A DNA stretch of 32,000 nucleotides from NCBI RefSeq assembly GCF_900199515.1, contig NZ_LT963433.1, positions 150,001 to 182,000 of the forward strand, in the 5' to 3' direction. Within the stretch, counting starts at the first letter, position 1; each line of letters begins with the position of its first letter. This DNA is from Massilicoli timonensis (GTDB lineage: Bacteria > Bacillota_I > Bacilli_A > Erysipelotrichales > Erysipelotrichaceae). The position numbers and the translations under genes are program-made. The notes below the pieces were generated by a model. It saw only the letters and a list, made by a program, of their open reading frames with translations. It had not been told where the DNA came from and did no database searches. Below, piece by piece: positions 30,134 through 32,000 of the stretch.

Positions 30134-30321
30134 TCACTGATCAGCGGCAACACCGGATTTCATCCAAGCATCAACTTCGCTGATTTTGAATTTCCATAAT
30201 CAGATGATTTTTGCGGCAGGCATATATTACACGCTCGAACCAGTGAAAGCTCGTATCATGCCTAACACCCAAATATTCCATTATTTCTTTCATTGCATAC
30301 CAGTTCAAAGTTGTGATCCAT
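30134..30321 (-). pseudogene. Decayed HTH_17 (excisionase-type) DNA-binding gene, paralogue of the R-M operon HTH
   Basis: The homology is split over three frames. ATG 30321 (RBS GAAGGA 7 nt upstream) gives MDHNFEL. The ORF-track frame gives WYAMKEIMEYLGVRHDTSFHWFERV. A third frame gives MPAAKII-TGA(30200-30202)-LWKFKISEVDAWMKSGVAADQ-stop (30134-30136). Compare the intact copy: W.....EYLGV......W......PA.KI...WKFK.SE.DAW.KSG. I infer a frameshift near 30224-30230, one in-frame TGA, and probably a second frameshift near 30300. Confidence 0.6.
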
Positions 30322-30335
30322 AGTGAAATCCTTCG

Positions 30336-30347
30336 TTTTCGCGAAAA
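30336..30347. promoter_or_regulatory. Perfect 12-bp palindrome TTTTCGCGAAAA between the -10 and RBS of the HTH-fic operon (candidate operator)
   Basis: The palindrome is exact. It lies 18 nt downstream of the -10 and directly upstream of the RBS. Operator function is inferred. Confidence 0.45.
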
Positions 30348-30365
30348 TACAATTTTACAAGACAT

Positions 30366-30394
30366 ACTATACTGCAATCTTTATTTAGATGCAA
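30366..30394 (-). promoter_or_regulatory. Sigma-A-type promoter of the (pseudo)HTH-fic operon
   Basis: On the minus strand: -35 TTGCAT (30389-30394), a 17-nt spacer, and -10 TATAGT (30366-30371). Confidence 0.5.
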
Positions 30395-30512
30395 GGTTTC
30401 ATAGGTGGTTATTCGAGATTATCAAGAAAAAATCATAAATTCAATAACAAAACACAAAGCCTTCTTTCGAGGAAAATATGCGGACAAAGTGTATCTTTAT
30501 GTTTGTTTTATG

Positions 30513-30541
30513 AAAAAGCGAAGTCTTTTACGCTCCGCTTT
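30513..30541 (-). terminator. Rho-independent terminator of the surface-protein gene
   Basis: Minus-strand stem AAAGCGGAG / CUUCGCUUU (9 bp, one G-U) with a 9-nt loop, running into UUUUU. It starts about 30 nt after the TAG at 30573. Confidence 0.5.
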
Positions 30542-30572
30542 CTCATCTCAATCTTATTTTAGCATCTAAATG

Positions 30573-32000
30573 CTACTGCTCGCTTCTTCTGTTCTTGCGT
30601 AACATTGCAGCGAATACGATCATACTTCCCCCTAGCAGTACATAATACATTCCCTTGCTTACTTCATCCCCTGTATGTACTGCTTCGCTCTCCTCTTTCT
30701 TGATCTCCTCGATATTGCTTTCTCCCTTTTCCTCTTCATTTGGTGTATTCGGCTTTTCTTCCGGCTCTGTCGGCTTCTCCTCCGGTTCACTTGGTTTCTC
30801 TTCCGGCTCTGTCGGCTTCTCTTCCTTCTGCCACATCACCTCAAATGTCCCAAACTCCTTGCTTCCTACCTCAAACTCCAATCCACCCTCTGTCTTTCTT
30901 ACTTCTATCTCTCTCGCTTTGCTCTTTGCGATCTCTTCATCCAAAGCCTCTTCGCTCATCTGCATCGTGTAATCTCTTGTCAATCCCTCATAATACACGA
31001 CCGCAAACCGATCCCCTTCTTCGCTTCCTTCCGGATATGGATAATATACGCTTACCGTTTCCTTTTCTGTTCCTACCCATAAGTTCCCGTCATTTTGATC
31101 GACCAGATCCAAATACCGAAACTCTCTTTTTACTTCCTTCGTTTCATCTATCCCTTTCACTGCTTCCATTCCCTTTGCATGCAGCGCTTCCATCCGTTCT
31201 GCTGATCCCAATACCTCTTCGATCAATTCATCCCATAACAGCACGATCTTCGCATCTTCATTTACCGGATACATCGTATTCCCGTTCTTATAAAACTGCG
31301 TCCCTGCTTTTACATGTGCATGCGCTTCCTTGATCTGGCATGCTCCTTCTTCTTCATATACTCCCTTATAGATCTCACTGCTCAGTGTCTCCGCACTTTC
31401 ATCGCTTACTTCTCTTACCTTTACTTCCCCTACTGCCATCCCTTCTTCCGGTATACTCAATAAGTGTTCATCTAATCGGATCTCTTTATCATCTACTCTT
31501 GGTAATGCATACAGTGCATAGCTTCCCGCTTTCGCTGCGCTCTCTACCTTCTCTCCCTCGCTGTTTCGATATTCCCATGCAAATGGCACTCCCTCTTCTT
31601 CCAGATCCCATGCTTCCCCATCTACGCTGATCGCATAGCTTTCCAAGCCTTCTTCCCATTGCGGTTCCGGCAAGGCATCGCCATGATTGCTGGCGTCGGT
31701 TCCCGATCCTCCTTCATATGCGATCAGTTCGACTGCTTGAAGCGGTTCACTATATCCTGCATATAAGTGCAGCGTACCGTTCTCTAATGTCGTAAAGTCG
31801 ATCGTTGCTGCTTCATCAAATGGCTTCGTACATGCTTCATCTAAATACCAGCCATTGAATACGCTTCCCTCTTTGCTTAGGCTAGTAGATGGGTTATTCA
31901 TCAGAATGTCAGTTCCCGGCACTGCGGATACAGAAGCTTTTGCTTGATCGATCTCTGCTTCATTTGCATAGATAAAGTGATTGGTTTCATCATTTACAAC
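30573..32000 (-). CDS. Large cell-surface protein, C-terminal ~475 codons (5' end outside the window): Listeria-Bacteroides-type repeat, acidic body, P/E/K spacer, cell-wall-sorting-like tail
   Basis: The frame stays open upstream of the ORF-track GTG 31922 to base 32000 (26 further codons, no stop), so the gene is 5'-partial. FNGWYLDEACTKPF matches the List-Bact/Flg_new repeat pattern. The C-terminus has 4 x 7-aa EEKP(T/S/N)(E/T)P repeats, then AVHTG (30669-30683), the hydrophobic stretch MYYVLLGGSMIVFAAML, and the basic tail RKNRRSEQ. Confidence 0.8.
   Translation of the reverse strand, partial: VVNDETNHFIYANEAEIDQAKASVSAVPGTDILMNNPSTSLSKEGSVFNGWYLDEACTKPFDEAATIDFTTLENGTLHLYAGYSEPLQAVELIAYEGGSGTDASNHGDALPEPQWEEGLESYAISVDGEAWDLEEEGVPFAWEYRNSEGEKVESAAKAGSYALYALPRVDDKEIRLDEHLLSIPEEGMAVGEVKVREVSDESAETLSSEIYKGVYEEEGACQIKEAHAHVKAGTQFYKNGNTMYPVNEDAKIVLLWDELIEEVLGSAERMEALHAKGMEAVKGIDETKEVKREFRYLDLVDQNDGNLWVGTEKETVSVYYPYPEGSEEGDRFAVVYYEGLTRDYTMQMSEEALDEEIAKSKAREIEVRKTEGGLEFEVGSKEFGTFEVMWQKEEKPTEPEEKPSEPEEKPTEPEEKPNTPNEEEKGESNIEEIKKEESEAVHTGDEVSKGMYYVLLGGSMIVFAAMLRKNRRSEQ
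30741..30824 (-). repeat. In-frame 21-bp tandem repeat (4 units) encoding EEKPxEP
   Basis: The DNA units cttccggctctgtcggcttctc recur. They translate to EEKPTEP EEKPSEP EEKPTEP EEKPNTP and form the wall-spanning spacer of the surface protein. Confidence 0.85.

Noticed and set aside
30200-30202. In-frame TGA in the HTH pseudogene considered as recoding (Trp or Sec, alternative genetic code)
   Set aside because: Trp is encoded by TGG throughout the window, and TGA is used as a genuine stop (e.g. gatA at 10944-10946). The same gene also carries frameshift(s) and there is no SECIS-like context, so decay is the simpler explanation.
30741-30824. 21-bp tandem repeats considered as a CRISPR-like or minisatellite array
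   Set aside because: The units are contiguous with no spacers. They are in frame and encode a P/E/K wall-spanning linker. No cas genes are present.
30655-31333. Three overlapping plus-strand ORFs (S/L/F/P-rich, up to 197 aa)
   Set aside because: They are antisense shadows of the acidic, repeat-containing surface-protein gene. Their repeats simply mirror the EEKPxEP coding repeat.

Overview
This is a Bacillota (Firmicutes)-type chromosomal window with almost all genes on the minus strand. All calls rest on manual translation, motif recognition and remembered family features; no BLAST or HMM search was possible.

Layout:
- (i) 1-7.4 kb is an apparently A+T-richer accessory island. It holds a type I restriction-modification operon, HTH-hsdM-hsdS-hsdR. 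hsdR is missing from the ORF track because it runs off the left edge; I confirmed the frame is open from 1962 to 1. hsdM is 896 aa, so it carries a C-terminal extension of about 440 aa. A separately transcribed DUF4268 / PD-(D/E)xK-like gene sits just upstream.
- (ii) 7.4-18.2 kb is a conserved housekeeping block: rlmD, a membrane protein, gatB-gatA-gatC, camS, ligA, pcrA.
- (iii) 18.2-21.0 kb holds an apbE lipoprotein, a GNAT acetyltransferase and a threonine-aldolase-family gene.
- (iv) 21.2-29.0 kb is a butyrate-pathway cluster, bcd-etfB-etfA-hbd-crt plus a Pct/YdiF-family CoA-transferase, divergent from thl. The 315-bp divergent control region has two sigma-A-type promoters, each preceded by a Rex-type box, plus a perfect cre.
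- (v) 29.0-32.0 kb is a second accessory patch. It has a possible IS-remnant, a class III Fic AMPylase whose upstream HTH partner has decayed to a pseudogene, and the 3' part of a large surface protein with a non-LPxTG sorting signal.

No rRNA, tRNA or CRISPR array was seen.

Most worth following up:
- the DUF4268 nuclease-like gene plus the unusually long HsdM in the R-M island
- the small HTH_17 paralogues heading both the R-M and the Fic operons, one intact and one decayed
- the duplicated Rex-box/-35 promoter modules of the butyrate cluster
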